This document shows positions 1-8,390 of a stretch of 64,000 nt of DNA, in pieces. Every line of letters begins with the position of its first letter. The stretch's first letter is position 1. The position numbers and the translations under genes were made by a program. The notes under the pieces were generated by a model, which saw only the letters and a list, made by a program, of their open reading frames with translations, was not told the origin of the DNA and did no database searches. Source of the DNA: Dehalococcoidia bacterium (GTDB lineage Bacteria; Chloroflexota; Dehalococcoidia; Lucifugimonadales; UBA1123); assembly GCA_963664365.1 (NCBI GenBank), contig OY761144.1:318424-382423 (forward strand). Direction: 5' to 3'.

Positions 1-495
1 TTGCAGCATGAGAGCTATCAAAGACGCGCGAATCGAAGGGTGAAGGATGGCATGCCCACAGAACGGCGCGGTGGGGCGCCCTCGGGCCTCCGGAGGCTCC
101 GGCCAGACGAGCCGTCAAAGGCCATCACTGGAGCAGCAACCAATGAGTTCCTCCACCCGTCCCTGAACGGCTTTCTGACCATCCGTGAGTGCGCGAGGCT
201 CCAAACTTTCCCAGACGAGTTTGACTTCCTCGGAACCAAGAGTGAACAAGCCTTATTGATAGGCAACGCGGTGCCGCCGCTTCTGGCCGAGGCGTTCGGT
301 CAAACGGCGCTCTCCGACTACCAAGCATCTCTGATAAATGGGTCTCTGACGACAAGAGGCAAACTCCTGAGCTTCAGCCCAACGTTATCTACCGGAATGA
401 GTCCCATTCTGCGTGAGACCGTTCACCAAGTCACGAAGCGATACGGAGTGAGTACTCGTGAGGAGATTGGAACTCAACTAACACTCCATGCTTAG
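1..495 (+). CDS. DNA (cytosine-5) methyltransferase, C-terminal part (5' end outside window)
   Basis: Motif IX/X-like LTIRECARLQTFPDEF...IGNAVPP; overlaps the downstream nuclease-like ORF. Confidence 0.85.
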   Translation: MQHESYQRRANRRVKDGMPTERRGGAPSGLRRLRPDEPSKAITGAATNEFLHPSLNGFLTIRECARLQTFPDEFDFLGTKSEQALLIGNAVPPLLAEAFGQTALSDYQASLINGSLTTRGKLLSFSPTLSTGMSPILRETVHQVTKRYGVSTREEIGTQLTLHA

Positions 496-1504
496 TCAGA
501 ACCAAAAGGCAATCCTTGAACGAGCTCGCGCCCTTGGTGGAGGTAGACAGGGTATAGCCCTCACTGACGACCAGTGCGTAGGGCTCATTGCCGTTGTAGT
601 CCAAGATCTTGGACTCGGTGAGTCATTTCCGGACATTCCACTGCAGACACAGTCATTCTTTGACATTCCTCCCGAATCTTTGGACGTTCCGTCGTTCGAT
701 CTCTTCGAGTTGTTCGAACAACTGCTTAACCTCAACAGAGACGCCGACACCTACTTCCAATGCTTGGCAACCCTCCACAAGAGTCGCCTTAAGTATCAAC
801 GAATCTTATCGACGCAGCCGATTCCTACTCTCGACCAAGTAGGACTAAGAGGCCTTCTCGAATTCGGAATGCTGCCGTCTCCGGAACTCGCCGCGGTGTT
901 GTACTGGAGGAAGTGGATGTATGACATCGACAATCGAGCCGGCCAAGAAACAGGGTATCTCTTTGAACCTATTATTGCGAACGCGATCGGCGGTGTCTCT
1001 GTAAGCGCTCGGCAAAGTCCGATCAGGAGACGTAACCGCCCTAGCCAGGGGAGGCAAGTAGACTGCATTAAGGGTCAGCTAGCGTACGAGATCAAGCTCC
1101 AGGTAACCATTGCCGCCTCAGGCCAAGGAAGGTGGCAGGAAGAGTTGGACTTCCCGAAGGACGCAGTGGAAAGTGGGTTCAGACCGATCCTCATAGTCTT
1201 GGATCCCACACCCAACCCGAAGCTCACTGACTTATCAAACGCATTCGCTGGAGCAGGAGGCGTCGTATATGCAGGTGAGGCAGCTTGGGCACACTTGGAA
1301 GAGGAAGCAGGTGATACGATGGCAAAATTCCTGGAAATTTATGTGCGTTCTCCTTTAGATGACTTGCTCAATTCGGCTCCGGTTGACCTCCCTGACCTCA
1401 CTCTCTCAATGCAGGCTGATGCCGTCGTGTTCAACATTGGTGTCGTTGAGTATTCCGTACCACGGGAACCAACGGCAGACGCAGAAGCTGATCAGTCAGC
1501 ATGA
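488..1504 (+). CDS. Putative Type II restriction endonuclease (PD-(D/E)xK fold)
   Basis: Coupled to the C5-MTase; VDC...YEIK motif resembles a PD-(D/E)xK core. Confidence 0.6.
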   Translation: MLSQNQKAILERARALGGGRQGIALTDDQCVGLIAVVVQDLGLGESFPDIPLQTQSFFDIPPESLDVPSFDLFELFEQLLNLNRDADTYFQCLATLHKSRLKYQRILSTQPIPTLDQVGLRGLLEFGMLPSPELAAVLYWRKWMYDIDNRAGQETGYLFEPIIANAIGGVSVSARQSPIRRRNRPSQGRQVDCIKGQLAYEIKLQVTIAASGQGRWQEELDFPKDAVESGFRPILIVLDPTPNPKLTDLSNAFAGAGGVVYAGEAAWAHLEEEAGDTMAKFLEIYVRSPLDDLLNSAPVDLPDLTLSMQADAVVFNIGVVEYSVPREPTADAEADQSA

Positions 1505-1608
1505 GATCGAGGAGATCCATCAGGTCTTGCGCTTCACGAGCTAGTATGCCTAGTGTCTGCCACCCGAGAAGACTCAAACCCCACAACCAAGCATAGTTCC
1601 ACCCACCC

Positions 1609-1638
1609 TTGACACCCTCAGACCTTATGCTCTAACCT
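1609..1638 (+). promoter_or_regulatory. Sigma70-like promoter, paralogous to 11038-11067
   Basis: TTGACA-18 nt-TAACCT; TTGACACCCTCAGACC is shared with the 11038 copy. Confidence 0.5.
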
Positions 1639-1645
1639 AATGTTC

Positions 1646-1864
1646 GTGTAGATCGAAACCCACCAGTCCACCGTCAACCCCGTCTTCGCCGGACACGCCG
1701 CGCGGCAACTTCAGGATGCCGTCGGCGGAATCCACCGCGTCCTCGACAACCTCCTTGAAATCGCCAGAGGCAACGATCCCGACGCCAACACCTACGACCG
1801 TCTCAGGGCCACCCGCGTCCTCTACGACAAAGGCTTCGGCAAGCCCGTCCTGACAATGGACTAA
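1646..1864 (+). pseudogene. Truncated paralog of the N-terminus of ORF 11075-12091
   Basis: Reads V*IETHQSTVNPVFAGHAARQLQDAVGGIHRVLDNLLEIARGNDPDANTYDRLRATRVLYDKGFGK versus MQSQ...FDNLLEIADGDVPDATGYDRLRATRILYDRGFGK; codon 2 CAG is TAG. Confidence 0.75.
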
Positions 1865-1945
1865 CCGCCCAAACCGTAGAGCCTGCCCCGTGCTCGATAC
1901 GGGGGGCAAACCTCGTGGCTGCCCGAATCCTCTCTTGCCTTAGCC

Positions 1946-2584
1946 CTAGTCCAGCGCCCCCTTTGGCCACGGCGGCTGCGGACTCTTGATCTCGCCGACG
2001 TAGGTGCGTCCGCCGAAGAGCGACACGAAACTCTCGAATACCTCCACGGCCTCGTCCTCCGGCGGGATGAAGGTCTTCATGTACGCGGTGTGGCCGTTCT
2101 CGAACAAGAACGTCGGCGTCCCGAATATCCCCATGTCTCCCGTCGCCTCTTCGTGGTCCGAGGCCACCGCCGCCAGTACCTCCGGGTCGTCCAAGTCATT
2201 CTTGAACCGCTCGACGTCCAGCCCCGCCTCCGCCGCGATCTCTATCAAAGGCTCATCCTTGTTCAGCGGGACCCTGTCTCCGGCGTGCCTCGCGGTCAGC
2301 AGGCCCAGGTGGAAGCGTTGGAACGCCTGCGGGTCGCCTTGGCGCTTGGCCGCCTCTCCCGCCACTGACGCAAGCAGCGCCCGCGCCTCGCGCAGGTCGA
2401 GATCGTCCCACACCTTCCACTCCGGCCCGTTCTTGCTGTTGATCTGCTCCAGCGAGAAGTGCCGCCAGTTGACCTCCAGATTGTCTCCGTACTTGCTCCT
2501 TACCCTATCCAGCCACACGGCTGCATTGTAAACCCAGGGTCAGGCGTAGTCGAACCAAACATCGACCTTCACTTTCTCAGCCAT
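1946..2584 (-). CDS. DsbA/FrnE-like thioredoxin-fold protein, probable selenoprotein (UGA at codon 15)
   Basis: GGAGG RBS, then ATG at 2584; MAEKVKVDVWFDYA(TGA)PWVY is in frame with the tracked ORF; C-terminal GIFGTPTF cis-Pro motif. Confidence 0.85.
2503..2542 (-). promoter_or_regulatory. Candidate bacterial SECIS element
   Basis: 21 nt after UGA an apical loop GUGU closed by CAGCC/GGCUG; a lower CCCU/AGGG pairing is possible. Confidence 0.65.
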
Positions 2585-2728
2585 CTGTGCCTCCCATCAT
2601 GCTGTCTAGCGTTGAGTCCCGGTCAGCCGCATTGTATTCCCGACTGCCGGGCGTGTCAAAACTCTGAGCGTCCTTCAAATCTGCGTCAGTGCGGAGACTT
2701 TCGCTGCCAATGTCGGTAAACTAGGCGC

Positions 2729-3451
2729 ATGTCTTGGCACACGATCGAACTGGGCGAGGCCGCCATCAAGTACGAGGTGCGGCGCAGCGCGCGTCGCAAG
2801 AAGACCGTCCAGATCAAGATGGAGGACGGCATACCCCGCGTGCTGGTTCCGGCCAGGCTGCCGGATGCCGAGATTCAGGCGATAGTCCGCAAGCGGGCGG
2901 ACTGGATTCTCGAGCATACGTCGAAACCGAAACCCGAACCCGCCTCGAGGCGATTCGCTCATGGCCGGATACTCCCGTACCTGGGACGCGGCAACAGAGT
3001 AATAGTGCGCCGCGACGACGTATGGTTCCCGCGCGTTCGCCTCGATAAGCGGCGCTTTCGTGTGGTCGCCCCCAAGAACGGCAGAGACGGCGATCAGATA
3101 TACCGCGCGTTCATCGAATGGTACAGCGCGCGCGCATACGAGCGGCTGCCCGAGGTGGTGGACCGTTGGTGGCCCGAACTCGGCAGAGGCGACAGAGCCG
3201 GAATCGCGATTCACGTCCGCGACCAGAAGTCGCGCTGGGGGAGCTGCTCAACGAAGGGGTCTCTGAACTTCAACTGGCGCCTCATGATGCTTGAGCCCGC
3301 GCTGTCGGAGTACGTGGTCGTACACGAGCTCGCCCATCTCACCGAAATGAACCACTCCCCCGCATTCTGGAACGTCGTCGAAGCGGCGATGCCGGACATG
3401 CGCCAGCGCCGTCAGCGTCTCAAAGAGGTCGAGAAGACGATTCCGTTTTGA
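2729..3451 (+). CDS. M48/YgjP (DUF45)-family zinc metallohydrolase
   Basis: SRWGSCS...LNFNWRL...YVVVHELAHLTEMNHSPAFW signature. Confidence 0.9.
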   Translation: MSWHTIELGEAAIKYEVRRSARRKKTVQIKMEDGIPRVLVPARLPDAEIQAIVRKRADWILEHTSKPKPEPASRRFAHGRILPYLGRGNRVIVRRDDVWFPRVRLDKRRFRVVAPKNGRDGDQIYRAFIEWYSARAYERLPEVVDRWWPELGRGDRAGIAIHVRDQKSRWGSCSTKGSLNFNWRLMMLEPALSEYVVVHELAHLTEMNHSPAFWNVVEAAMPDMRQRRQRLKEVEKTIPF

Positions 3452-3519
3452 CCGCAGGCACGCGCCGCGCCTTCTTCTAAGGCAGCCGAACTTGGTATAA
3501 TCCGAGCGGGAGTGCAGAC

Positions 3520-4446
3520 TTGACCATCAACACGGACGCAGATGTAATCAGGGTCATTCAAGAGAACCCTCGACTCTTGCTGCGCGCGCTAACCGATAAC
3601 GCCGAGCTCTTGGCCGAGGTGCGCCGCGTCGTCCTGACCGACGAGCTACTGGCCATGCCCGGCCAACTGGCCGAGGTCGTCAAGACTCAGAACGAGATGC
3701 TAAAGACTCAGAACGAGATGCAAAAGACCCTGAACGGGGTGCTAAAGACTCAGAACGAGATGCAAAAGACCCTGAACGGGGTGCTAAAGACCCAAGATGA
3801 GATGCAAAAGACCCTGAACGGGGTGCTAAAGACCCAAGACGAGATGCAAAAGACCCTCAACGAGGTGCTAAAGGAGCAAGCCAACGTCCGCAGAGACATC
3901 GGAGCCTTGCATCGGATGTTCAGGCAGCAGCACGATGACTTCAGCAATTTTCGGGGCAACTTCGCGATTTCCGCCGCGAGGCGGAACGACGCGGATATAG
4001 CGCTGCTATTCTCCAAGGCTCACGGCTTCAATCGCCTGGATATGAGAGATTTCACTCGAAGGGATCTCAGCGACTTTCTCACCAGGCATTACGCGAAAGT
4101 AGATGCGTTGCATCTTCGGGAAAGAGCTTGGCGCACGTTCCCAAGGGGAGACATCATAGCCAGAGTCACCGAGCGCATGGGCGACAGTCCGGGCTTCTAT
4201 CTGGCGGTCGAAGCGTCATATACCGGAGACCTCGAGGACGTGCAGCGCGCGACGGACCACGCCAAGATACTGAGATGCGCGGGCGACCTCGACGCCTACG
4301 CGGTCGTCGCCGGAGTCAGGATGAACGACGCCATCGAGGGCAGCCTGTACGAAGACGTCGAAAGTTTCATCAGCGCGCGGGACGAAAACGCCGCGTTCTG
4401 GTTTCCGCTCGATCCGAAGAAGTTGGACCCCGACGAACTATACTAA
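3520..4446 (+). CDS. Coiled-coil heptad-repeat protein with C-terminal PD-(D/E)xK-like domain
   Basis: Repeats KTQNEMQ/KTLNGVL; C-terminal GDII...YLAVEASY; TGGTATAAT extended -10 upstream. Confidence 0.6.
   Translation: MTINTDADVIRVIQENPRLLLRALTDNAELLAEVRRVVLTDELLAMPGQLAEVVKTQNEMLKTQNEMQKTLNGVLKTQNEMQKTLNGVLKTQDEMQKTLNGVLKTQDEMQKTLNEVLKEQANVRRDIGALHRMFRQQHDDFSNFRGNFAISAARRNDADIALLFSKAHGFNRLDMRDFTRRDLSDFLTRHYAKVDALHLRERAWRTFPRGDIIARVTERMGDSPGFYLAVEASYTGDLEDVQRATDHAKILRCAGDLDAYAVVAGVRMNDAIEGSLYEDVESFISARDENAAFWFPLDPKKLDPDELY
3682..3873 (+). repeat. Intragenic tandem repeat, 21-bp unit with 42-bp higher-order period
   Basis: Alternating AAGACTCAGAACGAGATGCAA / AAGACCCTGAACGGGGTGCTA, about 9 units. 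Confidence 0.9.
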
Positions 4447-4529
4447 CGGCTTACGGCCGCTGCCCTCGATTCAGCGCTTCTTGACCCTCATTCGGGCCGT
4501 TCCTATAATGGCGCAAGCCAGACCCGCCA

Positions 4530-5306
4530 TTGGAGACGCTATTGACCTACGAACACCTCCTACTCGACATCCATGACCACGTCGGAACCATCAAGCTCAA
4601 CCGCCCGGAAGTGCTGAACGCGATGAACCGCAAGCTGTTCAGCGAGATAGACCAGGCCGTCACCCAACTTGAGAACGACGACGACGTGTACGCGATCATC
4701 TTCACCGGCGCGGGCGAGAGGGCGTTTTCGGCCGGAGCCGACATCCACGAGATGGCCGAGCAGGCCAAGATGGACAACCCTCCGCCGCCCGACCCACTCC
4801 GCGCGGAGTACTCCTGGCACATCGCCGCCGCGCGCAAGCCGACCATCGGCGCGCTGAACGGCCTAGCCTTCGGAGGAGGCGCCGTGCTCGCGTCGAGCTT
4901 CGACATCCGCGTCGGCTGCGAGCGCACCCGCTTCCGTTTCCTTGCCGTCCAGTACGGCAGAGTCAACTCCACCTGGAGCCTGCCCCAGCAGGTCGGCTGG
5001 CCCGTCGCCAAAGAGCTTCTCTTCACCGCCCGCGTGGTCGAGGCCGAGGAAGCCTACCGCATCGGACTCCTCAACCACCTAGTGCCCTCAGACCAGTTGA
5101 TGGACAAAGCGATGGAACTCGCGGGCCTAATCGCGGCGAACGACCCCCGGATGGTGCAGGGAGTCAAGGAACTCCTTGTGGATAACGTCGGCGACGACTG
5201 GAGGAGGCGCTACCAGAACGAGCTCGACGCCCAAGCGGACAAACTCGCCCCGACCCCGGTGCTTGAGGGCTTCAAGCCATTCCTGGACAGAAAGGGCAGG
5301 GCATAG
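4530..5306 (+). CDS. Crotonase/enoyl-CoA hydratase superfamily protein
   Basis: LNRPEVLNAM, AFSAGADI, NGLAFGGG motifs. Confidence 0.9.
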   Translation: METLLTYEHLLLDIHDHVGTIKLNRPEVLNAMNRKLFSEIDQAVTQLENDDDVYAIIFTGAGERAFSAGADIHEMAEQAKMDNPPPPDPLRAEYSWHIAAARKPTIGALNGLAFGGGAVLASSFDIRVGCERTRFRFLAVQYGRVNSTWSLPQQVGWPVAKELLFTARVVEAEEAYRIGLLNHLVPSDQLMDKAMELAGLIAANDPRMVQGVKELLVDNVGDDWRRRYQNELDAQADKLAPTPVLEGFKPFLDRKGRA

Positions 5307-5324
5307 CATTTCAGACCCAGAAGT

Positions 5325-5360
5325 CCCCCTCTCCCTTGGGAGAGGGCTGGGGTGAGGGTG
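5325..5360. repeat. REP-like palindrome family A (CCCTCTCCC-n-GGGAGAGGG...GGGTGAGGGTG)
   Basis: Same motif at 12115, 13816-13948 (x3), 44352, and partially at 17692. Confidence 0.85.
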
Positions 5361-5377
5361 AAAAGAGGCAAAACGGC

Positions 5378-6574
5378 ATGACAGAGTTGAATACGCCCCT
5401 CGAGGGCCTCAGACTCCTCGACCTCGGACGCTACCAGGCCGGCCCGCGCTGCGCCCTCATGTTCGCCCGCATGGGCGCAGAGGTCATCAAGGTCGAATCG
5501 ATCGCCGGGGACGAGAGCCGTCGCAACGGCCCGCGTGTCAGGGGACAGAGCGCCTACTGGGTCCAGTACAACTCCGGCAAGAAGAGCCTCGCCATCAACC
5601 TACGCGCCGACGCGGGCAAGGCCGTCCTCAGAGACCTCGTCAAGAAGTCCGACTTCCTACTCCAGAACTTCAGGCCCGGCACCATAGACATCATGGGGTT
5701 CGGATACGAGGAGATAAGCAAGCTCAATCCCAAGATCATAATGATAAACGTCTCCGCATACGGCCAGTACGGACCCTATCGAGACCGCGTCGGCTTCGAC
5801 CCCATTGGCCAGGCCATGGGCGGACTCATGTCCCTGACCGGCTTCCCCGACGACCCGCCGGTGAAGACCTTCTTCCCGCTGATAGACCGCATAACCGCGC
5901 TCCACGCCGCCATCGGCGCGCTCGCCGCGCTCAGGGAGAGGGAGATTTCAGGCCGCGGCCAGGCCCTCGACGTCTGCCTGGCGGACACCGGCTACACCGC
6001 CAACGAGATACCGATCTCCGCGTACCTCGGCGACGGTTACGAGCAGCCTCGAGAGGGCAACGGCAGCGGCACAGGCGGCGCCTACAAGACAAAGGACGGC
6101 TGGATCATCATAGCCGCCACCAACGAGTCGATGTGGAGCAGGCTGAGCGAAGCGATGGACAGACCCGAGTGGCTGGAGGACGAGCGATTCTCCAGCAGGG
6201 ACCTGCGAAGCAAGAACGCCGACGCCCTGGAGGCCGAGTTGGGCGCATGGTTCATCGACCGCAACATGCAGGAAGCCGCCGACCACCTGGCTTCTTACGG
6301 CGTGCCGTGCTCGCCCGTCAACAACACCGCGCAGGCCGCCAACGACCCCCACATGACCGAGCGCGAGATCATGATGGAGGTCCCGGACCCCATCGCGGGC
6401 ACGATGTGGGTGACGGGCAAGTCCATCAAGTTCAGCAGGACGCCAATGGTCGTCGGCTCCGCTCCCGTAGTCGGCGAACACACCACCGAGATTCTCCGAG
6501 ACATCCTCGGCTACGACGACACCCGCATCCGCTCCCTCCACGATTCCGAGGTGGTGAGTTCGGGGACTTCGTAA
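5378..6574 (+). CDS. CaiB/BaiF family III CoA-transferase
   Basis: GAEVIKVE, NSGKKSLAINL, QNFRPG, GFDPIGQA (catalytic Asp); ATG at 5378 preferred because the upstream extension is REP-derived. Confidence 0.92.
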   Translation: MTELNTPLEGLRLLDLGRYQAGPRCALMFARMGAEVIKVESIAGDESRRNGPRVRGQSAYWVQYNSGKKSLAINLRADAGKAVLRDLVKKSDFLLQNFRPGTIDIMGFGYEEISKLNPKIIMINVSAYGQYGPYRDRVGFDPIGQAMGGLMSLTGFPDDPPVKTFFPLIDRITALHAAIGALAALREREISGRGQALDVCLADTGYTANEIPISAYLGDGYEQPREGNGSGTGGAYKTKDGWIIIAATNESMWSRLSEAMDRPEWLEDERFSSRDLRSKNADALEAELGAWFIDRNMQEAADHLASYGVPCSPVNNTAQAANDPHMTEREIMMEVPDPIAGTMWVTGKSIKFSRTPMVVGSAPVVGEHTTEILRDILGYDDTRIRSLHDSEVVSSGTS

Positions 6575-6614
6575 TTCGCCAGGGAGACACCGGCAAGCGA
6601 AGGGAGGAAGAGTA

Positions 6615-7601
6615 ATGGCTGACACGGAAGACACGACAAGGCAAGTAAATGTCCGAGAGAAATGGCCGCACGAAGCTCTGGACTTCACCCCCTGGCTCGG
6701 CAATAACCTGGACCTATTAGGTAAGGCACTTGGATTGAAACTGGGGTTGATCCAGACGGAAGCGCCGGTAGGCGGTCCCCCATACTCCTGCGACATCCTG
6801 GCAAGAGAGACCGAGAAAGACAAGCCAGTCGCCATCGAGAACCAGTTGGAATGGACTGACCACAGCCACCTAGCCCAGACGCTCATCTATACTGCCGGAC
6901 TCGACGCTCGCATCACGATATGGGTCGCGACCGAGTTCAGACACGAGTTCGCCGAGGTTCTGAACTGGCTCAACAAGTGGACGAGCGATGAGATCGAGTT
7001 CTACGGCGTCAAGGTAGCGGTCACCAAGACTGGAGACTCGTTCAACGAACCGAGTTTTCACAAGGTTGTGTGGCCGGGAGGCTGGTCGAAGGACGATACA
7101 CTGCCACCAGTTCCGCCGCCATCCCCGCGTCGTCAGCAGTTCGATAACTTCTTCCAGCCGCTGACACGAGAGATGCTTCATAGGCGCTTCGCAGATGGGG
7201 CAACTCAGTACTATGACTTCACAGGTCGGTTCTTCCGCTCTCGGTTCGACAAAGACATAGGCTACGCGGCCAGCTTTTGGGAGAGCGGCGCATGGGTGTC
7301 ACTGCATGTCCACACTTGGGACAGCATTGAGCGAAACAATCGGATATTTGACACCCTGAAAAAGGCCCAGACTGAGATTGAAGAGGGTATTGATGCCGAA
7401 TGGAAATGGAGTAGATTCGAACGCAACTATTTTTTCACCGTAAACCTGAGAAGAGATGGCGCCATAGACGACCCACCCGACAAGCTGGATGAAATCAGGG
7501 CTTGGATGATCGACCACCTCCCCAAGCTCAAGGGAACCTTCGACCCACGCATTGAAAAGATCCTGCAAGAGATTCCACCGGCCCAAGAGACGAAAGGGTA
7601 G
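6615..7601 (+). CDS. DUF4268-type protein with N-terminal nuclease-like domain
   Basis: HEALDFTPWL, CDILAR...VAIENQLEWTDHSHLAQTLIYTAG. Confidence 0.75.
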   Translation: MADTEDTTRQVNVREKWPHEALDFTPWLGNNLDLLGKALGLKLGLIQTEAPVGGPPYSCDILARETEKDKPVAIENQLEWTDHSHLAQTLIYTAGLDARITIWVATEFRHEFAEVLNWLNKWTSDEIEFYGVKVAVTKTGDSFNEPSFHKVVWPGGWSKDDTLPPVPPPSPRRQQFDNFFQPLTREMLHRRFADGATQYYDFTGRFFRSRFDKDIGYAASFWESGAWVSLHVHTWDSIERNNRIFDTLKKAQTEIEEGIDAEWKWSRFERNYFFTVNLRRDGAIDDPPDKLDEIRAWMIDHLPKLKGTFDPRIEKILQEIPPAQETKG

Positions 7602-7606
7602 GGCAC

Positions 7607-8362
7607 ATGACAATGAACCAGGACAACCTACAAGGCAAAGTCGCCCTAGTAACCGGCTCAGGCCGCAACATCGGACGCGCCACCGTCCTCGAGCTCGCCA
7701 AGCGCGGCGCGGACGTCGTAGTAAACGCCCGGACGAATCGCGACGAGGCCGAGTCCGTCGCAGCCGAGGCGAGAGAGTTAGGCGTACGCGCCATCGCTAG
7801 GATCGCGGATGTCGGAGATCGGAATCGGGCCTTTGGCTTGATAGGGTCCGTGTTCTCCGAGTTCGGACGAGTCGACATACTTGTCAACAACGCCGGTATG
7901 AGGCAGTCGAAACCCTTCGTCGAAATGACCGTAGATGACTGGCGCGAGGTCAACGCCGTCAACATGGACGGCCCCTTCTTCACCTGTCGGGCAGTCGTCC
8001 CAAAGATGATCGAAAATAGCTGGGGCAGAATCATCAACGTGTCCGGCCTCAACGCCTTCAAGGGCAGGGCTGAGTGGGCGCACGTCTGCGCCGGAAAGAT
8101 GGGAGCGCTCGGCCTGACTCGCGCGCTCGCCGCGGAACTCGCCCCGCACGGAATCCGCGTCAACCACGTCGTCCCCGGCGCGTTCGACACCACCCTCGTT
8201 GAGGGCCAAGCAACCCCGTCCGCCGCCGCGTCCGAAATCCCCGCCGGCCGCCTCGGACTTCCAGAGGAGATCGGCAAGACCGTAGCATTCCTGGCCTCAG
8301 ACGGAGCCGACTACATCACAGGCCAGACCATCCACATAAACGGCGGCGCCCTGACGTGGTAG
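7607..8362 (+). CDS. Short-chain dehydrogenase/reductase (FabG-like, atypical active site)
   Basis: TGSGRNIG, ILVNNAG, YITGQTIHINGG. Confidence 0.9.
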   Translation: MTMNQDNLQGKVALVTGSGRNIGRATVLELAKRGADVVVNARTNRDEAESVAAEARELGVRAIARIADVGDRNRAFGLIGSVFSEFGRVDILVNNAGMRQSKPFVEMTVDDWREVNAVNMDGPFFTCRAVVPKMIENSWGRIINVSGLNAFKGRAEWAHVCAGKMGALGLTRALAAELAPHGIRVNHVVPGAFDTTLVEGQATPSAAASEIPAGRLGLPEEIGKTVAFLASDGADYITGQTIHINGGALTW

Positions 8363-8390
8363 ATGGGAATGTTAGAATAGTACATATCTC

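Noticed and set aside
1637..1909. Minus-strand 90-aa ORF
   Set aside because: Antisense shadow of the plus-strand pseudogene
3682..3873. Possible CRISPR or non-coding repeat
   Set aside because: In-frame heptad-coding tandem repeat with no spacers
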